A DNA stretch of 64,000 bases from a virus, in IMG/VR virus record IMGVR_UViG_3300042504_002519, positions 13,535-77,534 of that record; one strand, given 5' to 3'. Below are positions 37,547 through 47,718 of this stretch, piece after piece. Position 1 is the first letter of the stretch. Every line of letters starts with the position of its first letter. A program made the position numbers and the translations under genes. Under the pieces are notes generated by a model, which saw only the letters and a program-made list of their open reading frames with translations, ran no database searches and was not told where the DNA came from.

Positions 37547-37896
37547 TAGATCACCAGTCGATATTGGATAGCAGGCTGGGGCAGGCTAGCTAGCTGCCAG
37601 TTGATCGTCAGCAGGTAGCTGCCATCTTCATTAACCTGGCCCAGCACCTCGAAGGTAGCGTCTGTGATCTGTAGCTCCAGCGCTTGCCGGATCCGCTCCG
37701 CCACTACGCTAGGGTTAGGATGGGCCTCAAAGGCAAGGTTGCTGGTGCCATACTGGGGGCGCATGATACGCTCAAATGGCCTGGTTTCCAACACAGACAA
37801 GATGCTGTCTCGCACCAGATCAGCATCAGTCGCCGTCGCTAGGCCACCATCAACGATCCGTAACGGGTAGGCAAGGTCTCTGAGGATTGCAGTCAT
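37546..37896 (-). CDS. Baseplate wedge gp25/GPW
   Basis: LETRPFERIMRPQYG. Confidence 0.85.
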   Translation of the reverse strand: MTAILRDLAYPLRIVDGGLATATDADLVRDSILSVLETRPFERIMRPQYGTSNLAFEAHPNPSVVAERIRQALELQITDATFEVLGQVNEDGSYLLTINWQLASLPQPAIQYRLVI

Positions 37897-37943
37897 GGTT
37901 ATAGTGTGCCCTGGGCATCCTGGATCCAGCATTATGGTGACCC

Positions 37944-38183
37944 ATGCTTATCCCCATCGGCCAGCCCATCGACTTTCGCGCCAAACTACCCGCCAATCCG
38001 ACCCGGGCCCAGCTGCGCAGCGTCGCCCAGATGATCATTGCCGCCAACTTTCCTGGCCCTGTGCAGGTGGAGGGTGTTCAGGTGTCTGGCGGCAAGGCTT
38101 CTGGTGAATTTATGGGCGATGGAGAGCGCTACAGCTACGAAATTACCGATGGAGCCCTCACCTACGACCCTATTGACCGCTAG
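37944..38183 (+). CDS. Stand-alone copy of the N-domain of 26255-27073
   Basis: KLPANPT...V.GG.A.G.F.G.G...Y.I..G...Y.P shared. Confidence 0.65.
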   Translation: MLIPIGQPIDFRAKLPANPTRAQLRSVAQMIIAANFPGPVQVEGVQVSGGKASGEFMGDGERYSYEITDGALTYDPIDR

Positions 38184-38817
38184 AGACCAGCGGATGGCCA
38201 GCGCTATCGACTGCGCCGACGACAGCTACCTCTTTGCTGCCGATCTTTACCTTACCGGTGCAGGTGAGGGTGATATTGCCGCTAGCGTCGATGACGATCT
38301 TGCCGCCATCCCCTTCAATGGTTAGCACCTGGGCGCTGACGATGGTGATGTCATCCCCGGCCTCCACCTCGATAGCCTCGCCAGCTGTCACCGTCCACCC
38401 GGCTCCCACATTCCAGACGATGCCCTTGTCTACCTCCAGGGTGCTATCACCAGGGATGCGCCGCCAGTCATCATTCAATGGATCCGCCTTGGCGTAGGGT
38501 GGGTTCACCGAATTAACCATGACGCCGTCATAGACTGGATCATGGGGGTTGCCATCAAAGTTTTGCAGCGTCAAGGCCATGCCTACCCTGGGGACGGGTG
38601 GATCCCAGTATGGACAGGGTAGAGAGCGCATGGCATAGTCATGGCTGGTGAGGGCCGCCTTATCGGCGGTGGTGGTCCGCACCCGACGCAAGGCCAGCGG
38701 GTCATCAACGTCAGTCGTCGTCGCAAACAGGGCGGAGTCTTTGCGGCCCTCCAGGTCACCGGCTAACGAGTGCAGCTTATCCAGCCCGGCCAGGGCGGCT
38801 AATAATGGGCTATCCAT
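38170..38817 (-). CDS. Baseplate spike (gpV-like)
   Basis: DP..L.RVR, P.VG, DG.PH.P, beta-helix repeats. Confidence 0.75.
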   Translation of the reverse strand: MDSPLLAALAGLDKLHSLAGDLEGRKDSALFATTTDVDDPLALRRVRTTTADKAALTSHDYAMRSLPCPYWDPPVPRVGMALTLQNFDGNPHDPVYDGVMVNSVNPPYAKADPLNDDWRRIPGDSTLEVDKGIVWNVGAGWTVTAGEAIEVEAGDDITIVSAQVLTIEGDGGKIVIDASGNITLTCTGKVKIGSKEVAVVGAVDSAGHPLVSSGQ

Positions 38818-41165
38818 CAGTATTTCATCCCAGAACGCTTACTACCACCAATGCCCGTATAAACTACCCCTAGCTCAGAGGGTGGCACGACCTTGCCGCC
38901 AGGGGGGATGCCGCCACTTCTAAATTCAAAGTGCAGGTGAGCCCCAAACGAACGCCCCGTATTGCCAACGGTGCCGGTTGTCGAGCCTTGCTTAACGGTC
39001 TGTCCTTCTCTGACGTAGGTGAGGGTCAGGTGGGCCACCAGGGAATAAATGCCGCCCCCATGGCGGATGACGATGTAGTTTCCCCACCCACCACCACAAC
39101 TTTGATTGCCAACCCGGCATCCACGGACCACCCGGACAACAACACCATCAGCAGGGGCGATGACCGGGGTATTGGTTGGCGCAGCGATGTCGATGCCATT
39201 ATGGTTGCGGCCAGCCCAGGCCCGGTAACCAATGCCTTCGCCAAAGGTACCACTGCGGATCGGGCAGATGAACCCACCCGGCTTTAGGTCCGCCTGACTG
39301 GCGGTGCCATCCTCCATCAGGGCAGTGCCATCCATGCCACCCCCGATGCCACCAGCGCCGCCTGCTGTCGCCTGGGGTGGGCGTTGCCGTTGGGGGCTAT
39401 ACAGTTCAACGTCTGTCGTAAATGGGCTGCCTACCTGCCAGCTATGGCTGACCGATCCGACTCGCCATTCCCTCGCAAAGACAGTCGGCACGATCTCGCT
39501 GTCAATGGACACGATAGAACCTGGGGCTAGGATCAACGACTCCGGGCTAGTGAATAGGCTGGCCCGCGACTCATAGCCCTTCACCCGTCTGCTTTCGTCC
39601 TTGATCACCTCCGCCTCCGCCCGGCCGTCCGCCAGGTCGATAGCGCCTACCTTCTGGGTGGGTAGGCCCGTCTCGGTGCCATCCAGGACGGTGCCAGTCA
39701 CCGGGGGCTTAGCCGCACCGGTCACCGCTGACTCAGGGGGCTTACTGGCGGTACTGGTGGCCGTAGAGTCTTCCTTGGTGATCGCCTCCGGTTGGCCCGT
39801 ATCCCGGTTTAGGGTCGTCTTTTGCTCAGCGGCATTGACCGCTGGGGTGCTGGCTGGGGCATTGCTATTGACCGGCATATCTTTGGTGGCCCTATCGCCA
39901 AAGGCTAGCCCGCCTGGCTTCAGATAGTCCTTGGTGATCACAAAGCCAGTAAAGTTGGGCCGTAATGGGGTCAGCTTAAGGGTACTGCCACGGTCAGTCA
40001 CCCGATAGCCAATGGCCTGGGCTTCCCTTAGCAATAGTTCATAGTCGGTGATGCCGGTCTGGTCCAGGTGCTGGTAGGTGGGCCCGTTGCCTTCCATCTC
40101 CAAGGTTAGGCCATAGCGCTGACATACCTTAGTGGCCAGATCCCTTAGTGTCAGGTTGCTATAGGCTGTATTCAGCTTGCGTCGGGTCATCAGCCAGCGG
40201 ATCGACTGGCCTTCAAATACTGTCTGATCAACACCACGCCCGGTCGTACTGGTGCCAGTGTGGATGAAGTGATACTCCACCGTCTGGGATGGGCTGAAGC
40301 CCAGGCTAACGATGATCTCCTGGCCTTTCTGGCTAACCTCGGCGGCAGCCTCCTGGGCCTTATCCTGTACTGGCGTTGTACTGGTCGCCGTTGCGGCGCT
40401 GCTGGCCGCCGGGGCCTGGGTGGGAGCGGCTGAGCCACCGCCTCGATACTTGGCTAGGGCCTTCTCCCATACCTCTCGCATTTTGGACAAGCTTTTCTCC
40501 GGCTGGTCATAGCCTGCCCCTGGAAAGCTAGCCCATTCCTGCCTGCACTTGGTGACCGCTGCATCAAAGCGCCCGGCCCGTACATCCTGAAGGGCCCCCC
40601 GACCACGGATCAGCTTAATAGCACCCCGGTCCTGGCTGGCTGGAGTAAAGTCCGGCATATTCAGGCCATCCCAGGTCTTTTTTAGAAACTGATACCGGCC
40701 AGCAGCGTCAGAGCATAGGGTGCGGCTAGCGTTGCAATTGATCTGGGCTGGGTGGCGCTCGAAGCCATCAAATAGCTTGCCGGTGAACATGGTGCGGTAG
40801 CCATTGGGGCCACTGGTGCCCTCCGCCCAGGCGATTACATCCAAAAATGCTTTTTCTTCTGCCGTCAGCTCCCCCGCCGTCACCGATGACTCACCCCCAC
40901 TGGCCACGGTGCCCCCAGGGGTAGCAGGCGTCTGTTGTGGGTCTTCGAGTAGGTCGCTAGGTACTTCGATGCCACCAGCGGTAAAGCTCATCTCAAAGAA
41001 GGCAGCGGCTATCTTGAGGCCTGGATCGCTTACCTCGAAGCGACAATTGCTAGCCCGCTTGTCTTCGCCCAGGCTAATGGCTACATAGCGCAGCTTGCCA
41101 TCACCTGTCTGGAATAGGCGATCACCGATCTTTACTTTGGCAAAGGGGGCAAGCAGTCGAACCAT
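38817..41165 (-). CDS. Baseplate hub (gpD-like) with lambda-type lysozyme and M23 peptidase domains
   Basis: AEGT...AAGRYQF...TW...EWASFPG; QTGITDYELL; HNGIDIA...HLHFE. Confidence 0.85.
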   Translation of the reverse strand: MVRLLAPFAKVKIGDRLFQTGDGKLRYVAISLGEDKRASNCRFEVSDPGLKIAAAFFEMSFTAGGIEVPSDLLEDPQQTPATPGGTVASGGESSVTAGELTAEEKAFLDVIAWAEGTSGPNGYRTMFTGKLFDGFERHPAQINCNASRTLCSDAAGRYQFLKKTWDGLNMPDFTPASQDRGAIKLIRGRGALQDVRAGRFDAAVTKCRQEWASFPGAGYDQPEKSLSKMREVWEKALAKYRGGGSAAPTQAPAASSAATATSTTPVQDKAQEAAAEVSQKGQEIIVSLGFSPSQTVEYHFIHTGTSTTGRGVDQTVFEGQSIRWLMTRRKLNTAYSNLTLRDLATKVCQRYGLTLEMEGNGPTYQHLDQTGITDYELLLREAQAIGYRVTDRGSTLKLTPLRPNFTGFVITKDYLKPGGLAFGDRATKDMPVNSNAPASTPAVNAAEQKTTLNRDTGQPEAITKEDSTATSTASKPPESAVTGAAKPPVTGTVLDGTETGLPTQKVGAIDLADGRAEAEVIKDESRRVKGYESRASLFTSPESLILAPGSIVSIDSEIVPTVFAREWRVGSVSHSWQVGSPFTTDVELYSPQRQRPPQATAGGAGGIGGGMDGTALMEDGTASQADLKPGGFICPIRSGTFGEGIGYRAWAGRNHNGIDIAAPTNTPVIAPADGVVVRVVRGCRVGNQSCGGGWGNYIVIRHGGGIYSLVAHLTLTYVREGQTVKQGSTTGTVGNTGRSFGAHLHFEFRSGGIPPGGKVVPPSELGVVYTGIGGSKRSGMKY

Positions 41166-41195
41166 GGCAGGCTAGCGTTTCCTTTAGGTTGCCCA

Positions 41196-41642
41196 TCACA
41201 CCTTCCTGGCCTCCTGCAGGCTATCAGTCCCCTGGGTGGGGCTTTTATCCAGCAGCCAGTCTACCAGCTGGGCCCGGCCCGACTCGATGGCCTGGACGCC
41301 TTGATCTAGTAGCTGGTTCAGGGGCCCTTCGATGTCGCCCACGATGCCATTAATGTCTGCCGCCTGGCGGATCACTTCAGGGATGTAGCTTTGCAGCTGG
41401 GCGGTAGCGCTGGCGATGGTGGCACTGACGCCAGTGCGGATCGACTGTAGGGCCGGTTCCAGCGTAGTGGCTAGCTCCTCCTGGCTGGGCACTAGCAAGG
41501 CCAACTGGGGCGATAGGGTCGCCAATGGGTTGAGGCCACCATTCTGATCGGCAATGTCCCTAAACCGAGACGGATCCCCTAGCACCCGACTGGCAAAGCT
41601 AGCCAAGTCCTCGCCTGGCAATGGCTCGATCAATGCTGGCAT
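41196..41642 (-). CDS. Tail protein X/LysM-like
   Basis: GEDL...A...LGDP..F..IA..N. Confidence 0.6.
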   Translation of the reverse strand: MPALIEPLPGEDLASFASRVLGDPSRFRDIADQNGGLNPLATLSPQLALLVPSQEELATTLEPALQSIRTGVSATIASATAQLQSYIPEVIRQAADINGIVGDIEGPLNQLLDQGVQAIESGRAQLVDWLLDKSPTQGTDSLQEARKV

Positions 41643-41812
41643 GACTTGCCCCGCCTGCGCTCTGGATCCCAGATGATCGTACAGTCCTTGAGTGCGTAGT
41701 TATACCACGCGCCATCCGGGCCATGGATGATCAGCCGCTGTCCCTGGATCTGGGCAAGGCCCCGTACAGCCGTGCCATCGGTCTTGGTGACAATTGCCTG
41801 TCTTGGTACCAT

Positions 41813-42565
41813 TTAGTTCACCCCTGGATAGGTCCATCGAGCCCGGTAGCCCCGGCCATCAATATGCACAAACCCCTGGCCCCGGGCTAGCCCGCCTCGA
41901 CTAGCCCACCATGGATCCAAACGATTATACACATTCACCAACGATACACCAGGGATGTGAAAGTCCACGGCATCGCCAACCATATGCCGACTCTGGCTGG
42001 CACCGCCTATCCTGCGGTTAGTCACCGGATCCCGATACCAGGAGTTAACCACGACTGGTGCGCCGCCGAATAGGCCACGAACATTCTGCATCACCTCAGC
42101 GATCTTGATAATTTTGTAGACCACATCCGGGTTAGCAGGTTGCCGGTAGCTGCCAGCGCTATCGACATGGAGCGCTTCACCCCAGGTAAAGCTCTGGCTT
42201 TTTAGGCCAATTGAGTCGGTGCTGTAGTAGTTGCCATTGAACCCTGGCAGGACGATGCCATAGCCTTTGGCGGTATCGCTGGGGGTATCCTTGGGGTCAT
42301 TATCCACGCCATGGCCCTGGGGATCCATGCAATGCTGGGCGTAGACCCACCAGGTATTTTTGCGGGATGGGTGCAGGGTGGCCAGGTTGAAGCCTGTGGC
42401 ATCGACGGTGAAGCAAATGTGGCCATGCTCATGGCGATAGGCAAGGATCGGTAGCACCGTACCCCGGATTACCTTGGCTACATCCTCAATGGGAAAGCTG
42501 GCCGCTGGCTCATGGCTAGGCTTCAGGTAGGTATCGACGGTAATGGTGATGGTGGGGCGTTCCAT
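41813..42565 (-). CDS. Endolysin, peptidase M15A
   Basis: SWYR...N..IGGA..SRH..GDAVD...FVHID. Confidence 0.85.
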   Translation of the reverse strand: MERPTITITVDTYLKPSHEPAASFPIEDVAKVIRGTVLPILAYRHEHGHICFTVDATGFNLATLHPSRKNTWWVYAQHCMDPQGHGVDNDPKDTPSDTAKGYGIVLPGFNGNYYSTDSIGLKSQSFTWGEALHVDSAGSYRQPANPDVVYKIIKIAEVMQNVRGLFGGAPVVVNSWYRDPVTNRRIGGASQSRHMVGDAVDFHIPGVSLVNVYNRLDPWWASRGGLARGQGFVHIDGRGYRARWTYPGVN

Positions 42566-42854
42566 AGCATCTCCTGGGTGATATAGCCTCGTCGGCCACT
42601 ACCAGAACGCCTGCGGCCTGCATCCTGGATCCAAACGGCAGCAATGACGATAGTTAGTAGCAGGGCGATAGTACGCATGGCTGGACCGGGCTAGCTAGCT
42701 ATAGGGTGCCCAGCCGGTTGACAGCCACTAGCCTACGGTTTATAGTTGGGTTGTGCCCTGCACACGAACTCCTAACTCTCTGCCCTCAGCACCTTGGGAA
42801 AATGCTGGGGGTTTTTTATTGACTGGGCACCCTAGGGTTAGCGCTAGGCAGCCT

Positions 42855-43913
42855 ATGCTAATCAAAATTGACAACCCTATCCTTGGCTTCATAGACTTTA
42901 AGTCGGCCAAAGGTGGCAGCAAAAAGTGCGTTAAGGGCAAAGTGTGTGGCCTCACCTGCATCGCTAAAAGCCGGGTGTGTCGGATCGAGCTGAAAGGGGC
43001 CAATAAGGCAGCCAGCAAATGGCTGGTCAGCCAAAATACTTCGACAGATGACGGCCCACCAACAATGAAAGGCCGCATCGAACGAGGCATCGAGCTATAT
43101 CGGGAAGAGTTGAAGGCGATTGATCTGGCCATGGCTGAACAACAATCAGCCCGGGCCAACGCATGGGTTCTATACGATCAGGCAGTAGCAGAAATTAAAG
43201 CCTTTCGGGCGCAGAACCCGGATCTGCCGATCCCGCGACCACTCCTCAGCAGCCTAGCCAATGCGTCGAAAGAACAACAACGGCTTGATCGTATTGCCAA
43301 CAACTCTGAAGTGGACAAAGCCTTCGGTGCATTGCGAGGCAAGATGCTCGCCAACGGTGATATTGCCGCGGCGACAGATAAGGTTGGCCGCATATCAATA
43401 GATGCTGACCTTCCCGCCGTCAAGATCAGCAACCAAAGCGTGGAGGATGAGCTCAAGGATCTGCATAGAATTAGCAGCAACCGTGTCGAGCGACTAAACA
43501 AAGTATGGCAGGATCCAGACCGCGAACGGGCCTACGCCGACGATGAAGGCATTATCAATGTAGGCAAGGTAGACGATCTAGTTAATCCTCGAGCACTATG
43601 GCATGAGTTCGGCCATCACATAGAGTTTGAGGATGACAACGTCAAGGCGGCGGCTAACGACTTCATTCAGCAACGCCGAGATGGGTCTCCGCCGCAGAGG
43701 CTAAACGAGCTAGCTCCAGGATCGAACTACAACGACGACGAAATGGCCTATCCTGGCCGATTCATCGATCCTTATATGGGCAAGGTGTATGATGATGGAG
43801 GCACCGAGGTGATTTCCATGGGGCTCGAAGGATTCCGATCCGTTGAAGCCATGCGGAAGCTATACAGAGACGATCCAGAACTCTTTACCTTCATGCTGGG
43901 AGTGTTGTCATGA
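42855..43913 (+). CDS. Cys4-motif protein with C-terminal HExxH zincin-like domain
   Basis: DFK...CVKGKVCGLTCIAKSRVC; WHEFGHHIE; Y.GKVY...TEVISMG. Confidence 0.7.
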   Translation: MLIKIDNPILGFIDFKSAKGGSKKCVKGKVCGLTCIAKSRVCRIELKGANKAASKWLVSQNTSTDDGPPTMKGRIERGIELYREELKAIDLAMAEQQSARANAWVLYDQAVAEIKAFRAQNPDLPIPRPLLSSLANASKEQQRLDRIANNSEVDKAFGALRGKMLANGDIAAATDKVGRISIDADLPAVKISNQSVEDELKDLHRISSNRVERLNKVWQDPDRERAYADDEGIINVGKVDDLVNPRALWHEFGHHIEFEDDNVKAAANDFIQQRRDGSPPQRLNELAPGSNYNDDEMAYPGRFIDPYMGKVYDDGGTEVISMGLEGFRSVEAMRKLYRDDPELFTFMLGVLS

Positions 43914-44197
43914 ACTGGCGCTATCGACTCGACATTTACGATGTAGTAGTTTCGCTGGAAGCTGTTAGCCCCAACACGCCTGCTCTAGTCGCCTACGAGG
44001 GGGACGCGGATGGCATCGATGTCGTCAAATGGAACCTGAGCAATGCCTATGGGGCCTTTGGCCATAGCTTTGACCCCGAGTCAACCACCGCCACCGACCT
44101 CGACTATGCCCTATTCAGCACATTTCCCGGCGATGTCACCCGACTGACGGCTGCACCATCCTATGATCCAGGCATCCCCCAGGGTGCCGTCACCTAG
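43910..44197 (+). CDS. Small acidic partner (immunity-like)
   Basis: ATGA overlap with the zincin gene; YGAFGH motif. Confidence 0.5.
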   Translation: MNWRYRLDIYDVVVSLEAVSPNTPALVAYEGDADGIDVVKWNLSNAYGAFGHSFDPESTTATDLDYALFSTFPGDVTRLTAAPSYDPGIPQGAVT

Positions 44198-45009
44198 CGC
44201 TTCGGAATATTCGTTATACCTGGCGTCCTGAAGGCTTGCCCATCCCAGCGGCCAACGATACCCACCAGGTTGCGGGTCCCATCGTACATCCGCACATCAC
44301 CTGAGTCTGGATCCGTCGATAGGAAGTACTGGCCAGACTGGATCAAGGCCGTCACCCTCGGGATATAGAGCCCCGACTGGGCCTGGAGGTGTGCCTTACC
44401 CCTGGCACTACCCTCAGCCCGTTGTCGCTCCGTCAGGGGCAGCCTAGGCCGTCCATCGGTGTTAGGGGTAGGCGTAGCTGTCGTTGCCTGCTGACCCCGG
44501 TCTATGGCGCTGCTAGGCACCTCTAGCAGCTCGATGTCAACCTGCACCCTAGCCGACTGGCCACCCGCCAGCCAGCCCACCTCGGTCACCGATAGGCTAG
44601 TCAGCACACAGGGCGCTAGGACCACCCGCTGAGCCATCACCAGCGACAAGACAGGTGGGTTATAGGTTTGCTCGCTCAGCTTCGCCTCAGTCAGCGCAGA
44701 GAGGCCATCCACCAGGGGCTGGACTGTCTTACCCAGCCACCATGCATCGAGCAACACCCCAGGCAGGCGTAGGCTACGGCCAGAGGTGTACTGGTACTGC
44801 TGGATCGGGGTCTTGGTGGCATAGGTAGCCCCTTCGGCATAGGTGGCCCGGCGCTCCCAGGTGATCTGGGTTGGGTTATAAAGAAAGTTCCATAGCCTAG
44901 CGGTCTGGGCATTGGCGGCGCTGGCATATTCGAGTAGGAAGCATTCCACCTGAGTGCCATGGGTATGTTCGCCCCCTGGCAGCCCGTCCATTACATTTTG
45001 GTTCCACAT
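44194..45009 (-). CDS. Tail tube initiator/CIS tube-like protein
   Basis: FLYNP..I...R.A.Y, PPVL...PCVLTSL. Confidence 0.7.
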   Translation of the reverse strand: MWNQNVMDGLPGGEHTHGTQVECFLLEYASAANAQTARLWNFLYNPTQITWERRATYAEGATYATKTPIQQYQYTSGRSLRLPGVLLDAWWLGKTVQPLVDGLSALTEAKLSEQTYNPPVLSLVMAQRVVLAPCVLTSLSVTEVGWLAGGQSARVQVDIELLEVPSSAIDRGQQATTATPTPNTDGRPRLPLTERQRAEGSARGKAHLQAQSGLYIPRVTALIQSGQYFLSTDPDSGDVRMYDGTRNLVGIVGRWDGQAFRTPGITNIPKR

Positions 45010-45017
45010 AGCGCCCC

Positions 45018-47258
45018 CTAGGCCAGGCTAGCCTGCTGATGTTCACTTAGCCAGATCTCGAAATATCGCAGCACGTCCATGGCATGGGCTTCGGCAGTGC
45101 CAGCACCCAGGTTAATGGTGGGGTTAAAGTTGTAGTTGGTCTGGCCGCCACCGCCCATCGCTGCGCCTGCAGCAAATACCCTGGCCTGGTCTGGGCGCAG
45201 GATAAATTCACTGCTATTGGCGATAACTGGCTTAGCGCCTGGCGGAGCGCTGGCCTGCTCCTGGCCGATAGCACCCAGCAAGCCACCAAAGGCAACCGGC
45301 AACTGCCCCCCGGCCCGGCTAATAGAGGCAAAAGCTTCCGCCCCTGGAAGGTTACTAGCCGTAGAACCCACCGTTGAGGTGGCGGGCTGGGCATCGCCAC
45401 CCATGCCAGGGATCATATTCAGGACTTTATTTTTGATGGCAGTAAACAACTTGCTAATCGCGTCAGTGACGGTTGTGTGAGCGTTAACCAAGAAGTTTTC
45501 AACCCGGGTAATAACACCCATCAGCCCGTTGGCTAGGCCATCACGAATCTTTTGGAACCATTCGATAGCCGTAGCAGAGACCGTATCCCAGTTCTTGGCG
45601 ATCAAGAAAGCCAGAGCCGCAATGCCAGCGGCAACCGCCAGGATAACCAACAATGGCAAACCGATCAAGGCACCCAGGACCGCCGAGATCAGTCCGGCAA
45701 AGGCCATCGTCAATGCGCTGATCAATGCACCGACTAGGACAGTGCTGGCCCAGACGGTAAAGATGGCTAGCCCTATGAGCAAGACAGCTTTCCAGTCCAG
45801 GTTAGATAGGGCTGCACCAATGCCAGACAAAATGACCATGGCCATACGGCCCACCGCCACCAGCAAAGCACCCAGATCAACTTTTTCTAGGAACCGCCCA
45901 ATCTGATTGATAAGTGCTGCCAAGATACGCCCCACCTGGCCACCTAGACCGCTCATGTCCAGCCCGGCCAGGGCGGTGGTGAGGCCATTGAAAATGCTGG
46001 CCAGTAGTTCACCGATAGGGGCCTGTTCCAGGAAATTAGCCGCGCCAGACAATAGCCGACCCAGGCCACCGGTAGCATCGGCCAAAATGTTCCCTAGAAA
46101 TCCAGCCACATTCTCGCGGATAGTCCCCAAGTTGCTGAGTACCACATCCCGTAGGTTAGCCCCATTCTCGATCAAGGCTGCAAAGTTAAATACAAAGTCA
46201 CTAACCGCCTGGATGCCGGTATTGATGCGGTTAAAGGCACCCTGCAAGGCCTTCATCGGGTCCATGGTGTTGAGCCCCAGCACCGTCCCGAGGGCAGCAA
46301 TAGGCCCCTTGGTGCCAAATAGGCCCTCCTCCCCGATCAATGACTTGATTACCTCGTTGTAGGCACTGAAGGCGCTCTGGGTGCCCTTCATCTGGTCGTC
46401 CAGGTCACGCATTACCCCAAAGATGCCGCCACTAGGGTCAAACAACACTGACTTAAAGCCCTGGATCAAGCCATCAACCGACTCGCCAGCCTGTTTCTTG
46501 AAGTCTTCGGTGATAAATTTCTTGCCAACTTCCTCGATCAGCTTCACCCGGGCTTTGACATCCAGATCTCGCAGCGTGGCAACACCTAATTCCTGCAGGC
46601 GCTTTTCAATTTCGTTGAGAATAACCGGGTTCTGCTCGAAGAATGCGATAGTGCGCAGCTCCCCCGTTCCAGCCCCGCTCAGCGCCTTGGTCAGCCCCAG
46701 CGATGTATTGCCGATCATTTTGGTGCTAGCTGCTGTTAATGCACCATACGATTCGGAAATACTTGCCACCGTATTTTCAAAGCCTTGTAGGTCCACTTCG
46801 CCATCAACGCCCTTGAAGGCCTCCAGCACATTGTCCTGGATGGTCGTTGCCAGGTTCTTATACTCCTGGGTGGCTCCAGGCAGAGTGGCGGCTGACTTAG
46901 CCAGGCGATTGTTAAGGTTTTCGATGACCGATACAGCCTCTTCATAGCTTTTGCCGGTCAGGCTGGCAAAGGTGGTGGCAGCATTGATCTGCTCTAGCTG
47001 TAGCTGATTGGCCTGGTTGATCGCCCCGGTGATGCTCTGGGCCGCCTCCTGGGCCTTGCCAATGGCAAAGTTAAAGCCCTGGGTCAGCAAGTTAGCCTTA
47101 AAGACTGCCCCAGTCAATGACTCGCTGACGCCCCTATTAACCTGCTGGCTGACGCCATCGAAGGTGCCACGGATCTGCTGACCAAGGCGCTTGATCGGCC
47201 CACTGGCAAAGTCCTGGGCGCTGATCTTGATAAACAGGTTGGATATCAGCCCTTGCAT
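45018..47258 (-). CDS. Tape measure protein
   Basis: Long Ala/Gly/Leu-rich helical protein with hydrophobic segments, after the chaperone gene. Confidence 0.8.
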   Translation of the reverse strand: MQGLISNLFIKISAQDFASGPIKRLGQQIRGTFDGVSQQVNRGVSESLTGAVFKANLLTQGFNFAIGKAQEAAQSITGAINQANQLQLEQINAATTFASLTGKSYEEAVSVIENLNNRLAKSAATLPGATQEYKNLATTIQDNVLEAFKGVDGEVDLQGFENTVASISESYGALTAASTKMIGNTSLGLTKALSGAGTGELRTIAFFEQNPVILNEIEKRLQELGVATLRDLDVKARVKLIEEVGKKFITEDFKKQAGESVDGLIQGFKSVLFDPSGGIFGVMRDLDDQMKGTQSAFSAYNEVIKSLIGEEGLFGTKGPIAALGTVLGLNTMDPMKALQGAFNRINTGIQAVSDFVFNFAALIENGANLRDVVLSNLGTIRENVAGFLGNILADATGGLGRLLSGAANFLEQAPIGELLASIFNGLTTALAGLDMSGLGGQVGRILAALINQIGRFLEKVDLGALLVAVGRMAMVILSGIGAALSNLDWKAVLLIGLAIFTVWASTVLVGALISALTMAFAGLISAVLGALIGLPLLVILAVAAGIAALAFLIAKNWDTVSATAIEWFQKIRDGLANGLMGVITRVENFLVNAHTTVTDAISKLFTAIKNKVLNMIPGMGGDAQPATSTVGSTASNLPGAEAFASISRAGGQLPVAFGGLLGAIGQEQASAPPGAKPVIANSSEFILRPDQARVFAAGAAMGGGGQTNYNFNPTINLGAGTAEAHAMDVLRYFEIWLSEHQQASLA

Positions 47259-47718
47259 CACCTACGCCTCATGGATCGGTTCTCCGCCTCAACTGCTGCA
47301 TTGTGGATGGCGATAGCCCGATACAGCCGCAGGATAGGCATTTCCTCATACATTGGCAGGCTGGCAAAGCTACGGCCACTCAGGTGGTAGACCGTCTCTA
47401 GGAATCGGTCGTCGTCGTAGTCGAGGACGCTTGCAAAAAAGGGGCCATCGCCTCTGATATCAAGGCAAAGTCGCCAATGCTTAGCTCTTCTAGCTGCACC
47501 AGGTTGATGTCACTTTGCTCGCCATAGCGAATGCAACAGCGGGCGGCCAGGCGTAGGGCTAGCTCCACCTCATCGTCGAGGGGTATGTTCTCCTGCCGCA
47601 TGGTGCGCCGGATGCCACGGATGTCGCCCACCGTTGGCCCACGGAACCCGATCACCTTGCCATTAGATAGCGTTACCTGTCCGGCCCCGTCGTCGTCAGT
47701 CAGTCGTTGTAGTTTCAT
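47258..47718 (-). CDS. Tail assembly chaperone G (47398-47718) and -1 frameshift product GT (to 47258)
   Basis: Slippery C CCT TTT TTG at 47434-47443; the -1 frame stays open to a TGA overlapping the tape measure ATG. Confidence 0.75.

Noticed and set aside
45047-46947. Long antisense ORFs over the tape measure and other structural genes
   Set aside because: Shadow frames of GC-rich coding sequence
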